Part shown: piece after piece, positions 17,518 through 27,020 of the stretch
Layout: every line of letters starts with the position of its first letter
Position numbering within the stretch: position 1 is the first letter of the stretch
Source: an uncultured bacterium
Lineage (GTDB): Bacteria; Bacillota_I; Bacilli_A; RF39; UBA660
Length of the DNA: 64,000 bases
NCBI GenBank assembly: GCA_945935525.1
Contig: CAMERI010000005.1
Coordinates: 33,649-97,648, forward strand
Direction of reading: 5' to 3'
Translations under genes and position numbers: made by a program
Notes under the pieces: model-generated
Seen by the model: the letters and a program-made list of their open reading frames with translations, nothing else
What the model was told of the DNA's origin: nothing
The model's database searches: none

Positions 17518-18105
17518 ATGGCTAGAGTTAGGCTTAGAGATGAAAGGTATGAATACATAAAGAAAATAGTGGTTAAAACATTAAAAGAATGTAATATAAG
17601 GGAAATTCCAATTGATCCATTTTTAATATGCAAAGTAAGAGGATATAAATTAATAAAATATACAAAAAAATATACTAAAGAAGAAATGGAAGTAGTTTGT
17701 AGGAGATATCCTAATGGATTTAATTATGTTTTAAATGGTGAAAGAATAATTGAATATAATGACACTTTAGCACCAGAAAGAATTAGAACTACTATATTTC
17801 ACGAAATAGGACACATAGAGTTAAAACACACTTGTGAATGCTCACTAGCTGAAGCAGAAGCTGAATGGTTTGCTGTTTATATGATAGCACCACCACCATT
17901 AGTTAATTTATTTAATCTTGAAGATTCAATGGATTTAGCAATTAAGTTTGATACTTCTATGGAATGTGGTTATTACTCTATGGTTAGATATATAAAGTGG
18001 AAGAAATATACCTGGATTCTTAAAGACTATGAAAGAGAACTAGTCAAACAATTTACTGCTACTAATGAATATTTAATTAAGAAAGAAGAGGTGATGCAGA
18101 ATTGA
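17518..18105 (+). CDS. ImmA/IrrE-family metallopeptidase (anti-repressor protease)
   Basis: HEIGHIELKH (HExxH), and its position directly downstream of the XRE regulator. Confidence 0.8.
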   Translation: MARVRLRDERYEYIKKIVVKTLKECNIREIPIDPFLICKVRGYKLIKYTKKYTKEEMEVVCRRYPNGFNYVLNGERIIEYNDTLAPERIRTTIFHEIGHIELKHTCECSLAEAEAEWFAVYMIAPPPLVNLFNLEDSMDLAIKFDTSMECGYYSMVRYIKWKKYTWILKDYERELVKQFTATNEYLIKKEEVMQN

Positions 18106-18260
18106 TTGCAAATAAAAAGTACCTTGTTACTTGCGATAACAAAGTACTAAGAACCAATGATCAAATAGATCTGGTTACAAGTCTATTATATCATGAAGGT
18201 TCAAAATTTCAAAAATTATTTAAGAATATTATGTCAATTAATATTAGAAAGGAATGGTGA
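18102..18260 (+). CDS. possible 52-aa ORF with a TTG start
   Basis: A GAGGTGA RBS lies 7 nt upstream of the TTG. It fills the gap between immA and the cargo operon. No recognisable family. Confidence 0.25.
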   Translation: MIANKKYLVTCDNKVLRTNDQIDLVTSLLYHEGSKFQKLFKNIMSINIRKEW

Positions 18261-18305
18261 AAATCGTGAATAATAGACTTAAATCACCAATCAACAGGTG
18301 CTCAT

Positions 18306-19034
18306 ATGAGGAAAGTTGATGATATAGAAAGAAAAACTCGACTAGAATTTCTTAAAATACTTAATACTACTACACCATCTAAATCTGGTAGGATGCCAAA
18401 TCTAAAATATGATTTAGAAGTATATCCAGATTATTTGGCTTTATATAATGAGCCAGGTAAGTATACTAAAACATTATTAACAGCACCATGTTTCTATTTA
18501 TGGGATGAAAAATTTGATGATTATGATGGATTGCTAAATGCAATTAAATATAATATCGAGGATAAATTAGATTTTTATAAAAAGAGATTCCACGGTGTAA
18601 AAATGATAATATCACCTGATTACAGTCTAGTAGGAAATATTTATCCTACTATTAATGAAGGAAGAATATTTGATTCTAGACTAGTATCTCTTTGGTTTGC
18701 TAACGAACTAGGTATTGTATCAATACCTAATATGACTTATACAGATGAAAGTTCATTTCCTATGATGATTGATGGCATAGAGGAATGTAAAGTTGTATGT
18801 TTTAGTGCTATGTCTTGCCTAACTGATAAAGAAGATAGAAATAAACTAGAAAAAGCTATTAAATATACTGTTGATCATTTAAAACTAAATGCTATAGTAG
18901 TGTATACTTCAACTCCAAATGATGATAAAATTAATGATATATTTAAATATGCTATCGAAAAAAATGTTAAAATTATAATTCCTGATAATACTATTAGAGA
19001 ATCTAATAGGAGGAAGTTAAATGGGAAGAGTTAG
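18306..19034 (+). CDS. hypothetical protein, possibly DUF4417 family
   Basis: The length and the motifs FYLWDEKFD, ISPDYSL and VSIPNMTY recall DUF4417, but this is from memory only. Confidence 0.4.
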   Translation: MRKVDDIERKTRLEFLKILNTTTPSKSGRMPNLKYDLEVYPDYLALYNEPGKYTKTLLTAPCFYLWDEKFDDYDGLLNAIKYNIEDKLDFYKKRFHGVKMIISPDYSLVGNIYPTINEGRIFDSRLVSLWFANELGIVSIPNMTYTDESSFPMMIDGIEECKVVCFSAMSCLTDKEDRNKLEKAIKYTVDHLKLNAIVVYTSTPNDDKINDIFKYAIEKNVKIIIPDNTIRESNRRKLNGKS

Positions 19035-19497
19035 TGGGATAGGTGGAAGTACTGGAGTTGGTACTTCTGGACAATTATCATTACAACAACAAACTTACTC
19101 ATCACTTGTTCAGGGATTAGAAAATGTACTAAATAGTATTAAAACATATAATATTAATAAAAATGCAAAGGCAATGGCAAGTGAATATCCTACAACTAAA
19201 GGCGGGTACTTTGGTAAAAAAGGAACATCTAATAAAAAAAGAGTTATTTATACTGATAATCCAATATCAGAAGCTAATAATTTCTTTAATAAGATATCTA
19301 AAGGGTATTATTCTAAAACAATACATGGTAATGCTACAATAGTTCGTTTACCAGATGAGACTGTTATAACTTATAGAGTTATTACTAAGACTAGTAAAAG
19401 TGGTAATTCACCTGCAGTTGATATAAATATTAATAGTTCAAAAGCAAATCCTAAGATTAAAGGACAGAGAATACATTTTGAAAAGGAGAAGAAATAA
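19021..19497 (+). CDS. hypothetical small basic protein with a Gly-rich N-terminus (candidate toxin-like module)
   Basis: Overlaps the upstream stop. N-terminus GIGGSTGVGTSGQ. The C-terminal segment ITYRVITKTSKSGNSPAVDININ...RIHFEKE recalls the C-terminal modules of polymorphic toxins. Weak. Confidence 0.3.
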   Translation: MGRVSGIGGSTGVGTSGQLSLQQQTYSSLVQGLENVLNSIKTYNINKNAKAMASEYPTTKGGYFGKKGTSNKKRVIYTDNPISEANNFFNKISKGYYSKTIHGNATIVRLPDETVITYRVITKTSKSGNSPAVDININSSKANPKIKGQRIHFEKEKK

Positions 19498-19498
19498 A

Positions 19499-20035
19499 AT
19501 GATTAAACAAGAATTTAAAATAAAAGAAATAGAAATCTTAAAATCTTTGATTGGAAAAAAAATCATAAATATTAATTATACATATCCAGTATATGGAAAT
19601 ATTAAGATTGATTTTGATTTATATTCTGTTGTCATATCTAATTTAATGCATGAAGGAAGCTTAGCTGGAGATGATGATGACATTACGTACTTCACATTAG
19701 AGAAAATATCCAAAGAAGATAAATTTGAATTTTTCTTAAATGATGTTAAAACTGATAGTATTGAAGTTAATGAAACTATAAAGTCAATAGAGATTGTTAA
19801 TGATTTAATTAATTATAATGACGAGTATGAAATATCTTATGATGTAGCTATAGTCTTTATTACTGATAAACATAAGTATATTATTTCTAGAGATTGGTTC
19901 TATATGGAAACAATGCAAATAAATGTTGATAAAGATATAGATGATATTTTAGATAAAAATACTATTATTGAACAATATAGAGGAGAATCTACTGAAGTAA
20001 AAGTAGAAATAGAAAGAACTAGTAGAGAAATATAA
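19499..20035 (+). CDS. hypothetical acidic protein (candidate immunity-like partner)
   Basis: AAAAGGAGAAG RBS, with the start 2 nt after the upstream stop. Asp/Glu-rich. No recognisable family. Confidence 0.3.
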   Translation: MIKQEFKIKEIEILKSLIGKKIININYTYPVYGNIKIDFDLYSVVISNLMHEGSLAGDDDDITYFTLEKISKEDKFEFFLNDVKTDSIEVNETIKSIEIVNDLINYNDEYEISYDVAIVFITDKHKYIISRDWFYMETMQINVDKDIDDILDKNTIIEQYRGESTEVKVEIERTSREI

Positions 20036-20040
20036 AAAAA

Positions 20041-20072
20041 GTGATCTATTCATTTCGAATAGACCACTTTTT
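20041..20072 (+). terminator. rho-independent terminator of the IME cargo operon
   Basis: GTGATCTATTC-ATTTC-GAATAGACCAC followed by TTTTT. Confidence 0.7.
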
Positions 20073-20103
20073 AAGTTAAAATTGAGCCCGCAAATGATGG
20101 GTG

Positions 20104-20147
20104 TACCCATACTTCTACCCATCATACCCAACGTTTACCCATCAAAT
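20104..20147. repeat. right-end repeat cluster, 4 x TACCCA(T/A) units (candidate att/arm sites)
   Basis: GTACCCATAC, CTACCCATCAT, ATACCCAACG and TTACCCATCAAAT, preceded by the inverted copy ATGATGGGT (20094-20102). Confidence 0.5.
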
Positions 20148-20298
20148 TTTAGGATTTTTTTGCAAATCTTTTTAAACTCAAAATCTTAATTATTCCTTGA
20201 TATTACGATGCTTTTGCAGAATGTGTTGTAAAGAAAACCTTACAATTAACTCGCCCCCTGAGGGCGCCATCACTTAAAAGTGTAAGGCCTAACGAGAG

Positions 20299-20391
20299 TT
20301 AGGTGTTTTTAATTGTAATTATAAGAATAACTAGAATTAAAAGTATTATTATGAAAATCAAAGATGCAATTAATACATTTTTCTTGTTCAT
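20299..20391 (-). CDS. 30-aa hydrophobic peptide (candidate type I toxin-like or small membrane protein)
   Basis: AAGGAGA RBS 8 nt upstream of the ATG. Sequence MNKKNVLIASLIFIIILLILVILIITIKNT. A TTGACA-17-TAAATT promoter on the minus strand lies at about 20455-20490. Confidence 0.4.
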   Translation of the reverse strand: MNKKNVLIASLIFIIILLILVILIITIKNT

Positions 20392-20669
20392 ATACATACC
20401 ATCTCCTTATAAAAAAATAATTAAATTAAATATATTGAGATGACGCCCTTAACGTTTCGATGAGTAATTTAACATACGTTAAAAATTATGTCAAAAATGT
20501 AAAAAAAGAATTTTTGGTATATAAAACATACTTAAGATTCTTTTTTTCTCTAGGAGAAAATTAATGAATAGTTGAATAAATTCTTTATAAAATTAAATTT
20601 TATATCTTTTTAAAAATGTTTTAATTAGCGATAAAGTATGCTATTATAAATATAGAAGATAGTGATAAT

Positions 20670-21209
20670 ATGAAAATGGGAAAAGAAGAAAAAATAATAT
20701 TTGGTTTTATTTTATTATTTATATTCATTGGTACTGTTGGATTTAGTTATGGATATTTTCGTGCTGAGTTTGCATACAGTTCTGATGAAGTAGAGGTAAC
20801 AACTGGAACTTTAGAACTTAAATATAGTGATAATAGTCCATTAATATATAAGAATGGTTTTAAACCAGGTGAAACTATTACTAAAACTGTTACTGTAGAA
20901 AATACAGGTACGTTAGATGCAGTGTATGATTTAATATGGAAAGAATATAAAAATGAAATAATTAATGATGAGTTAACTATAAGTGCTGTATGTGATAGTA
21001 TGAATTCTAATGATATAATGAGTGGTAGTTGTACTAATGTAGAAGAAAAATCTGTTAGTGGGGATGCAATTAAAACCAAAGTTAGTATAAGCCCAGGCAT
21101 GAAACATAGATATAGTATAGTAATAACATTTAAGAATCTAGATGAAAGTCAAAATTATAATCAAGGTAAGACATTTAGTGGTATTATCAATGTTAAAGAT
21201 AGTAATTGA
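20670..21209 (+). CDS. stand-alone TasA/camelysin-like module with SipW-type signal peptide
   Basis: GFSYGYFRAE...GTLELKYSD...FKPGETITKTVTVENTGTLDAVYDLIW...QNYNQGKTFSG is collinear with the N-modules at 8269, 35107 and 45098. Confidence 0.7.
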   Translation: MKMGKEEKIIFGFILLFIFIGTVGFSYGYFRAEFAYSSDEVEVTTGTLELKYSDNSPLIYKNGFKPGETITKTVTVENTGTLDAVYDLIWKEYKNEIINDELTISAVCDSMNSNDIMSGSCTNVEEKSVSGDAIKTKVSISPGMKHRYSIVITFKNLDESQNYNQGKTFSGIINVKDSN

Positions 21210-21224
21210 TTGTGAGGTGTAGTA

Positions 21225-22463
21225 ATGATTTTACAAATATGTGATAATCCAACTGTTTTGAGTGTAATGCGTATTGTTAATATTGCAATTTTAATTATTA
21301 AGATTGTTGTTCCAATATTATTAATTTTAACGGGTATGATAACACTTTTGAAAACTATTAAAGTAGTTGAAGAAGATTTACTTGCGAAAGCTAAAAAACA
21401 ACTTGTTAATAATTGTATTGCTGCAGTAGTTGTATTTTTTATACCTACTTTTGTTAGTGTATTAGTAAAAGTTTCTTTAACAAATGGTGAATATAAAGAT
21501 TGCTTAAGTAATACTTCAAGTGATGTAATTAATCAAAAGTATTATGACATAGCAGTTGATTCCATTAGTAAAGCTGAATCATCTTCTAAATATAATGATT
21601 ATTATGATGCTGTAAATAAAATTAATGAAATAAAAGATATTGATACAAAAAAATCTCTTAAAAAAAGACTTGATAATGTAAAAACTATTATTGATAAAAA
21701 AATAGAAGAAAATAATAAAAAAGAAAATATTAATAGTGGAACTAATAGTAATAGCGGGAGTAATAGCTCTAACACAACTATTTCTGATGCTAGTAATCCT
21801 GGTACATTCACGCCTGATAGTGGAAAAACTTCCAATTGTAATAAGAACGGAAAATATCAATTATGTTCTGCTAAAAAAGGAATCTTTGGATCATTTGCTT
21901 ACTATGATAAAGCAGCAGTAAATGATACATCTAATCGTAATAGTATTGAGATGGACCCATCATGGAAAAAAACAAATCTAGTTAATGTATCAACTACATG
22001 TTCTAATGGAACCAAATATAATTGGACTGTTCATAGACTTGCTTCTTCAACATGGAAAAAAGTTCAGGAAAAATTTTGTCAAATAATTACAGTTGGAATA
22101 GATGGAATAAAATATGAACCTAATCAAATAGTGGTTAGTGGACCTATATCTATACGATATATAAGTAATACCAAAACAATTAGTACTCATGCTTATGGAA
22201 TTGCAATAGATATAAATCCTAGCGAAAGCTATACTATTAATGGAAAAAAATATTCAACTCCTTATGGTAGAAGTTTAGAAAAATACAACAATTTTATAAA
22301 TGCTATAGGTGGCGAAAGCGATCCTAGAAATGTTAATTATGTTTTATGGAAAAAAGTTTTTGAACCACTTGGATTCATATGGGGCGGTAATTGGGGAAGA
22401 AATGGTAAAGGTACAAAAATAGATGGAATGCACTTTGAAATTGATTGGAGGAATGCTAGGTAA
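21225..22463 (+). CDS. two-TM N-terminal module fused to an M15-family (VanY / L-Ala-D-Glu peptidase-like) peptidoglycan metallopeptidase
   Basis: The N-module ICDNPTVLSVMRIVNIAILIIKIVVPILLILTGMITLLKTIK...CIAAVVVFFIPTFVSVLV is paralogous to the one at 7029. It has a Ser/Asn linker. The C-terminus reads HAYGIAIDINP...GFIWGGNW...DGMHFE. Confidence 0.7.
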   Translation: MILQICDNPTVLSVMRIVNIAILIIKIVVPILLILTGMITLLKTIKVVEEDLLAKAKKQLVNNCIAAVVVFFIPTFVSVLVKVSLTNGEYKDCLSNTSSDVINQKYYDIAVDSISKAESSSKYNDYYDAVNKINEIKDIDTKKSLKKRLDNVKTIIDKKIEENNKKENINSGTNSNSGSNSSNTTISDASNPGTFTPDSGKTSNCNKNGKYQLCSAKKGIFGSFAYYDKAAVNDTSNRNSIEMDPSWKKTNLVNVSTTCSNGTKYNWTVHRLASSTWKKVQEKFCQIITVGIDGIKYEPNQIVVSGPISIRYISNTKTISTHAYGIAIDINPSESYTINGKKYSTPYGRSLEKYNNFINAIGGESDPRNVNYVLWKKVFEPLGFIWGGNWGRNGKGTKIDGMHFEIDWRNAR

Positions 22464-23215
22464 TGAAAAAATATATAATTGCACTTATCATATTAATTTC
22501 AATATGTATTCTTACAATATTTATATTAGATAATAACAATAAAAAACAAATAGAAGAAAATAAAGAAAAAAGTTTTATATATTATAAGTCTCTTAATTTT
22601 AATGATAATATTAATACTTTAAGAAAAAATATATATAATAATTCATACTTCAATTTATTTGTAAAAATAAATGAATATAATGGTGTTATAGATGAAAATA
22701 ATATAAGTGAAATAATGAATTATTATATAGTTAATATTACAAAGAATAAAAATGAAGTTTTTGAGACAAGTGATGATAATTTAAATTTTTGTTTAAATAA
22801 ACAATCTTTTATAAATTCGTTTAAAGAATTGTTTAATAAAGATATTGAAAAGTTTTATCCTAATATTAATGTTCTTCCAAATATTAATGCAGGGCCTATT
22901 AAAATATGTTTTAATTATGATGAAGATTATCTATATGATTATTCAAGTTTAATTTATGTTAAAGATAAAAAAGTAAATGGTGATATAATAGAATTAAATA
23001 TATATGAATATTTAATTGATATAGATGATAAAGATATTGAGGAGAGTTTAATAAAAGATTTTGTTAGAAGTTTAGATAGTAATGACATTAATAATTTTAA
23101 TGAGACTTTTATTAATGATTATGGCTTTGAAATTTTAGAAAAAAAGATTAAGTTTAGAGAAATTAAAGATGGAGATTTCTTTAAATATCAATTAATATCA
23201 ATGAATACTATTTGA
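22463..23215 (+). CDS. membrane-anchored hypothetical protein
   Basis: Start overlaps the upstream stop (TAATG). Single N-terminal TM segment (IIALIILISICILTIFIL). Asn-rich, with no recognisable domain. Confidence 0.5.
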   Translation: MKKYIIALIILISICILTIFILDNNNKKQIEENKEKSFIYYKSLNFNDNINTLRKNIYNNSYFNLFVKINEYNGVIDENNISEIMNYYIVNITKNKNEVFETSDDNLNFCLNKQSFINSFKELFNKDIEKFYPNINVLPNINAGPIKICFNYDEDYLYDYSSLIYVKDKKVNGDIIELNIYEYLIDIDDKDIEESLIKDFVRSLDSNDINNFNETFINDYGFEILEKKIKFREIKDGDFFKYQLISMNTI

Positions 23216-23246
23216 CAAATAAATAATATAGATGTATAATCTCTTT

Positions 23247-23460
23247 ATAAAACGAGGAACAAGAGGAGTAATATATACTAATTATTAGAGATGAAAGGTC
23301 ATCGGGTGAAAGCTTTTCTTAAGATAGATATATGAAGGTAGCTTGGGAGTTAATTACTGAAATTAAGTAAGTAGTTACGTAAATATGCGTTAAATATATA
23401 GAGTATAAAATAAGGTGGTACCACGATAAATTCGTCCTTTGGTATTACCTTTTTATTTTG
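23247..23460 (+). promoter_or_regulatory. T-box riboswitch leader (probably Val-specific) controlling HD-valS
   Basis: AGAGA box (23287-23291), distal-loop GGGTGAAAG (about 23304), T-box sequence AAGGTGGTACCACG (23412-23425), and a terminator stem pairing with GGTATTACCT followed by TTTTTATTTT. The candidate specifier is GUA at 23338-23340, in GAAGGUAG. Confidence 0.75.
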
Positions 23461-23472
23461 GAGGAAAAAAGT

Positions 23473-24219
23473 ATGAATGAGATGAATGAAAACTTCGATG
23501 AGTTTGATAAGTACGTTATGGGTTTTGATTTTAATGAGGATATGATTGCATATAAATACAATCATTCATATAGAGTAATGCATCAATGTGATGAGATATC
23601 ATATACATTAAATTTAGATGAAGAAGATAATTATTTAACTTGTTTAATTGGATTATTACATGATTTTGGTAGATTTGAACAATGGACTAAATATAAATCA
23701 TTTGTAGATTCTGAAACTGTCGATCATGGAGATTTAGGAGAAGAATTATTATTTAAAAAAGGCTTAATTAAGAACTTTAAATTAGATGATGAGTTTTATG
23801 ATATAGTTTCTAAAGCTATAAAATATCATAATAAATATGAATTACCAGATGATTTAACATTACGTGAAAAGATGCATGCTAAGATAGTGAGAGATGCTGA
23901 TAAATTAGATATAATATATGCTTTTTCTACAATTAGACTTTTAGAACTTAAAGAGGATGATAGCAAAATAAGTGAAGAAGTAAAGAAGGAATTTTATTTA
24001 CATGAGCCAGTTAAACGAGTCAATTGTAAGACTGTTAATGATAAAATAATATTCTTATTATCATTTGCTTTTGATTTATATTATGACTATAGTAGAGGTT
24101 TATTATTAGATAAAGGTTATTATAATAGAATATTTGAAAATATAAAAGATAAAGATAAATTTAAGCCTTATTTTGATGAGGTAGAAAAATATTTAAGGGA
24201 GTGTGAAAATAATGCTTGA
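23473..24219 (+). CDS. HD-domain phosphohydrolase
   Basis: [10 protein letters not shown] (HD motif), VDHGDLG, RDADKLD. Confidence 0.75.
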   Translation: MNEMNENFDEFDKYVMGFDFNEDMIAYKYNHSYRVMHQCDEISYTLNLDEEDNYLTCLIGLLHDFGRFEQWTKYKSFVDSETVDHGDLGEELLFKKGLIKNFKLDDEFYDIVSKAIKYHNKYELPDDLTLREKMHAKIVRDADKLDIIYAFSTIRLLELKEDDSKISEEVKKEFYLHEPVKRVNCKTVNDKIIFLLSFAFDLYYDYSRGLLLDKGYYNRIFENIKDKDKFKPYFDEVEKYLRECENNA

Positions 24220-26737
24220 TAAAAAATATAATCATAAAGAAGTAGAAAATGGAAAATATGAAATGTGGCTTAAAAGTCATTGCTTTGATGCAGGAGATAA
24301 GAGTAAAGATGCGTTTACTATAGTTATACCTCCACCTAATGTTACAGGTAATTTACATTTAGGTCATGCACTTAATGGTAGTATTCAAGATGTTATCATT
24401 AGATATAAAAAGATGAAAGGTTTTGATACTTTATGGCTTCCAGGAATGGATCATGCAGCTATTGCAACTGAAGCTAAAGTAGTTAATAGACTTAAAGAAA
24501 ATGGAATTAATAAATATGAGCTTGGTCGTGAAGGATTCTTAAAAGAATGTTGGAAATGGACTGATGAACATAGAAGTAATATTCATAAACAATGGGAAAC
24601 TTTAGGGCTTAGTGTGGATTATAGACGTGAGAGATTTACATTAGATGAAGGACTTAATGATGCGGTTAATGAAGTATTTATAAGACTATATAATGAAGGA
24701 TTAATCTATCGTGGTGAAAAGATTATTAACTGGGATCCAGTTGCTAAGACAGCTCTTTCAAATGAAGAAGTTATTTATAAAGATGATCCAGGAGCTTTCT
24801 ATCATATTAAATATTTTATTGAAGGAAGTGATAAGTATTTAGATGTAGCTACTACAAGACCTGAAACTTTATTTGGTGATACTGCTGTTGCTGTTAATCC
24901 AGAAGACGAGAGATATAAAGATTTAATTGGTAAGAATGTAGTACTTCCAATTGTTAATAAGTTAATACCTATTATAGGAGATGAACATGCTGATCCTGAG
25001 TTTGGTACTGGATGTGTTAAAATTACACCAGCACATGATCCTAATGACTTTGAAGTAGGCGAAAGACATAATTTAGAGAGAATTCTAATTATGAATGAAG
25101 ACGCTACAATGAATGAGAAAACTGGCAAATATAATGGAATGTCTCGTGAAAAGTGTAGAGAAGAATTACTTAAAGATTTAGAGAGTCAAGATTTATTAAT
25201 TAGCGTTGAAAAGATGACACATAGTGTAGGTCATTCTGAGAGAACTGATGCTGTAGTAGAGCCATATTTATCTAAACAATGGTTTGTTGATATGAGTGGT
25301 ATGAGTAAAGACTTATTAGATGCTCAAAAAGGTGGAGACAATAAAATTAACTTTATACCTAAGAGATTTGAAAAAGTATTAAATCACTGGATGGTAGACT
25401 GTCATGACTGGTGTATTAGTCGTCAATTATGGTGGGGACACAGAATTCCTGCTTGGTATAAAGGGGAAGACATTAAAGTACAAAAAGAATGTCCAGGTGA
25501 TGGATGGACTCAAGATGAAGACGTGTTAGATACTTGGTTTAGTAGTGCGTTATGGCCATTTAGTACTCTTGGTTGGCCAAATAAAACTGAAGACTTAGAA
25601 AGATATTTTCCAACTGATGTTCTTGTAACAGCATATGATATTATATTCTTCTGGGTTGCTCGTATGGCATTCTCATCACTTAAACAAATGAATAGCCGTC
25701 CATTTAAAGATTGTATTATTCATGGGCTTATTCGTGATAAACAAGGAAGAAAGATGTCTAAATCATTAGGAAACGGAATAGATCCAATGGATATGATAGA
25801 TGAATATGGATGTGATGCGTTAAGATTCTATCTAACAACAACATCTGCGATGGGAATGGATATACGTTTTGATACTGATAAAGTAGCTTCTACTTGGAAC
25901 TTTATTAATAAATTATGGAATGCATCAAGATTTGTACTTATGAAACTTGAAGGTTTCAAGAAGGAAGATTATTCACTTAAAAATTTAAATAAAGCAGATA
26001 AATGGATACTTACTAAGCTTAATGAAACAATTAAAAAAGTAACTAAATCTATGGATAAATATGAACTAAATAATGCAGGAAGTGAGTTATATTCATTTAT
26101 ATGGGATGATTTTTGTGATAAATATATAGAAATGTCTAAATTTAGTGAAAGCAATGAAACTAAGAGTACACTTTTATATACAATTACAGCTATAGTTAAA
26201 ATGATGCATCCATTTATGCCATTTGTTACTGAAGAAATGTATAGTAACTTTGGAATAAAAGATAGTGATATACTTCTTATGACTGAATATCCTACATATG
26301 ATAAAAAACTAGTATTCAAAAGTGAAACTAAAGAAATAGATGAAATGCTTGAATATGTAACATTATTTAGAAATAAAAAGACTGAAAGTAAAATAACAAG
26401 TGAATTTGAAGTAATAGATTATAATAATAATGAACTATTAAATAAGATGCTTAAATTAACTGATAAAATAGTTGGTGAAAGTAAATATAAAGATAAACTT
26501 ACTATTGAGTTATATAATTATAAATTTGATCTATTCTTTGATAACTCTAAAAATAATCTTGAAGAAGAGTTAAGACGTAAAGAAGAAATAGAGAAGTTAG
26601 AAGCATCTATTAGTCGTCGTAAGAAATTATTATCAAATGAAAATTATGTAAATAAAGCACCTGAAGCTATAGTTAATAAAGAAAGAGAAGACTTAGAAAA
26701 GGAAGAAAAGAGACTAGAAATTCTTAAAAAGAACTAG
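24212..26737 (+). CDS. valS: valine--tRNA ligase
   Basis: [14 protein letters not shown] (HIGH), KMSKSLGN (KMSKS), and the C-terminal coiled coil. Start at 24212 ([12 protein letters not shown]); the GTG at 24203 is an alternative. Confidence 0.97.
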   Translation: MLDKKYNHKEVENGKYEMWLKSHCFDAGDKSKDAFTIVIPPPNVTGNLHLGHALNGSIQDVIIRYKKMKGFDTLWLPGMDHAAIATEAKVVNRLKENGINKYELGREGFLKECWKWTDEHRSNIHKQWETLGLSVDYRRERFTLDEGLNDAVNEVFIRLYNEGLIYRGEKIINWDPVAKTALSNEEVIYKDDPGAFYHIKYFIEGSDKYLDVATTRPETLFGDTAVAVNPEDERYKDLIGKNVVLPIVNKLIPIIGDEHADPEFGTGCVKITPAHDPNDFEVGERHNLERILIMNEDATMNEKTGKYNGMSREKCREELLKDLESQDLLISVEKMTHSVGHSERTDAVVEPYLSKQWFVDMSGMSKDLLDAQKGGDNKINFIPKRFEKVLNHWMVDCHDWCISRQLWWGHRIPAWYKGEDIKVQKECPGDGWTQDEDVLDTWFSSALWPFSTLGWPNKTEDLERYFPTDVLVTAYDIIFFWVARMAFSSLKQMNSRPFKDCIIHGLIRDKQGRKMSKSLGNGIDPMDMIDEYGCDALRFYLTTTSAMGMDIRFDTDKVASTWNFINKLWNASRFVLMKLEGFKKEDYSLKNLNKADKWILTKLNETIKKVTKSMDKYELNNAGSELYSFIWDDFCDKYIEMSKFSESNETKSTLLYTITAIVKMMHPFMPFVTEEMYSNFGIKDSDILLMTEYPTYDKKLVFKSETKEIDEMLEYVTLFRNKKTESKITSEFEVIDYNNNELLNKMLKLTDKIVGESKYKDKLTIELYNYKFDLFFDNSKNNLEEELRRKEEIEKLEASISRRKKLLSNENYVNKAPEAIVNKEREDLEKEEKRLEILKKN

Positions 26738-27020
26738 TCTTTTTATTTTATTTGTGTTAATCTATAAATATAAGGTAGGTGAGACATGAAAAGAAGTCTT
26801 GGTTTTACATTAGTAGAGTTACTTGCTGTTATAGCAATACTTGGTATAATAACTCTTATTGCAGTACCAAATGCTATTAAATTATATAATGAAGCAATAT
26901 TAAAAGAAATGGTTGTTCAAGAAAGTAATATTAAGAATGCTGCTAATATATATTTAGAAGATTATTGTAATTCTAAATTAGATGATAGGCTTATATGTCC
27001 ATCTAGTTATGAAGAAGTTA
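26733..27020. repeat. tandem duplication, copy 1: terminator/promoter/RBS plus pilin 5' region
   Basis: ACTAGTCTTTTTATTTTATTTGTGTTAATCTATAAATATAA is identical to 28648 onward. A 74 nt block in the pilin N-terminus is also identical, and identity is then about 80% out to roughly +235. Confidence 0.8.

Larger units (their letters stand above)
14365..20147. mobile_element. integrative mobilizable element (IME), about 5.8 kb: integrase, MobV relaxase, XRE/ImmA module, 3-gene cargo
   Basis: Tyrosine integrase and Mob_Pre relaxase genes sit at one end. TACCCATCA-type repeats occur at both ends (14367-14386 and 20104-20147). The element interrupts the housekeeping backbone after rbfA. Confidence 0.7.

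Noticed and set aside
19949-20131. A 60-aa minus-strand ORF spanning the IME right end.
   Set aside because: It overlaps the cargo gene 3' end, its terminator and the TACCCA repeat cluster. It has no RBS and a low-complexity translation.
21579-21921. Three overlapping ORFs (21579-21860 minus, 21602-21835 minus, 21736-21921 plus) inside the M15 hydrolase gene.
   Set aside because: They coincide with the low-complexity Asn/Ser/Lys linker of the 21225 gene, where all frames stay open by chance.
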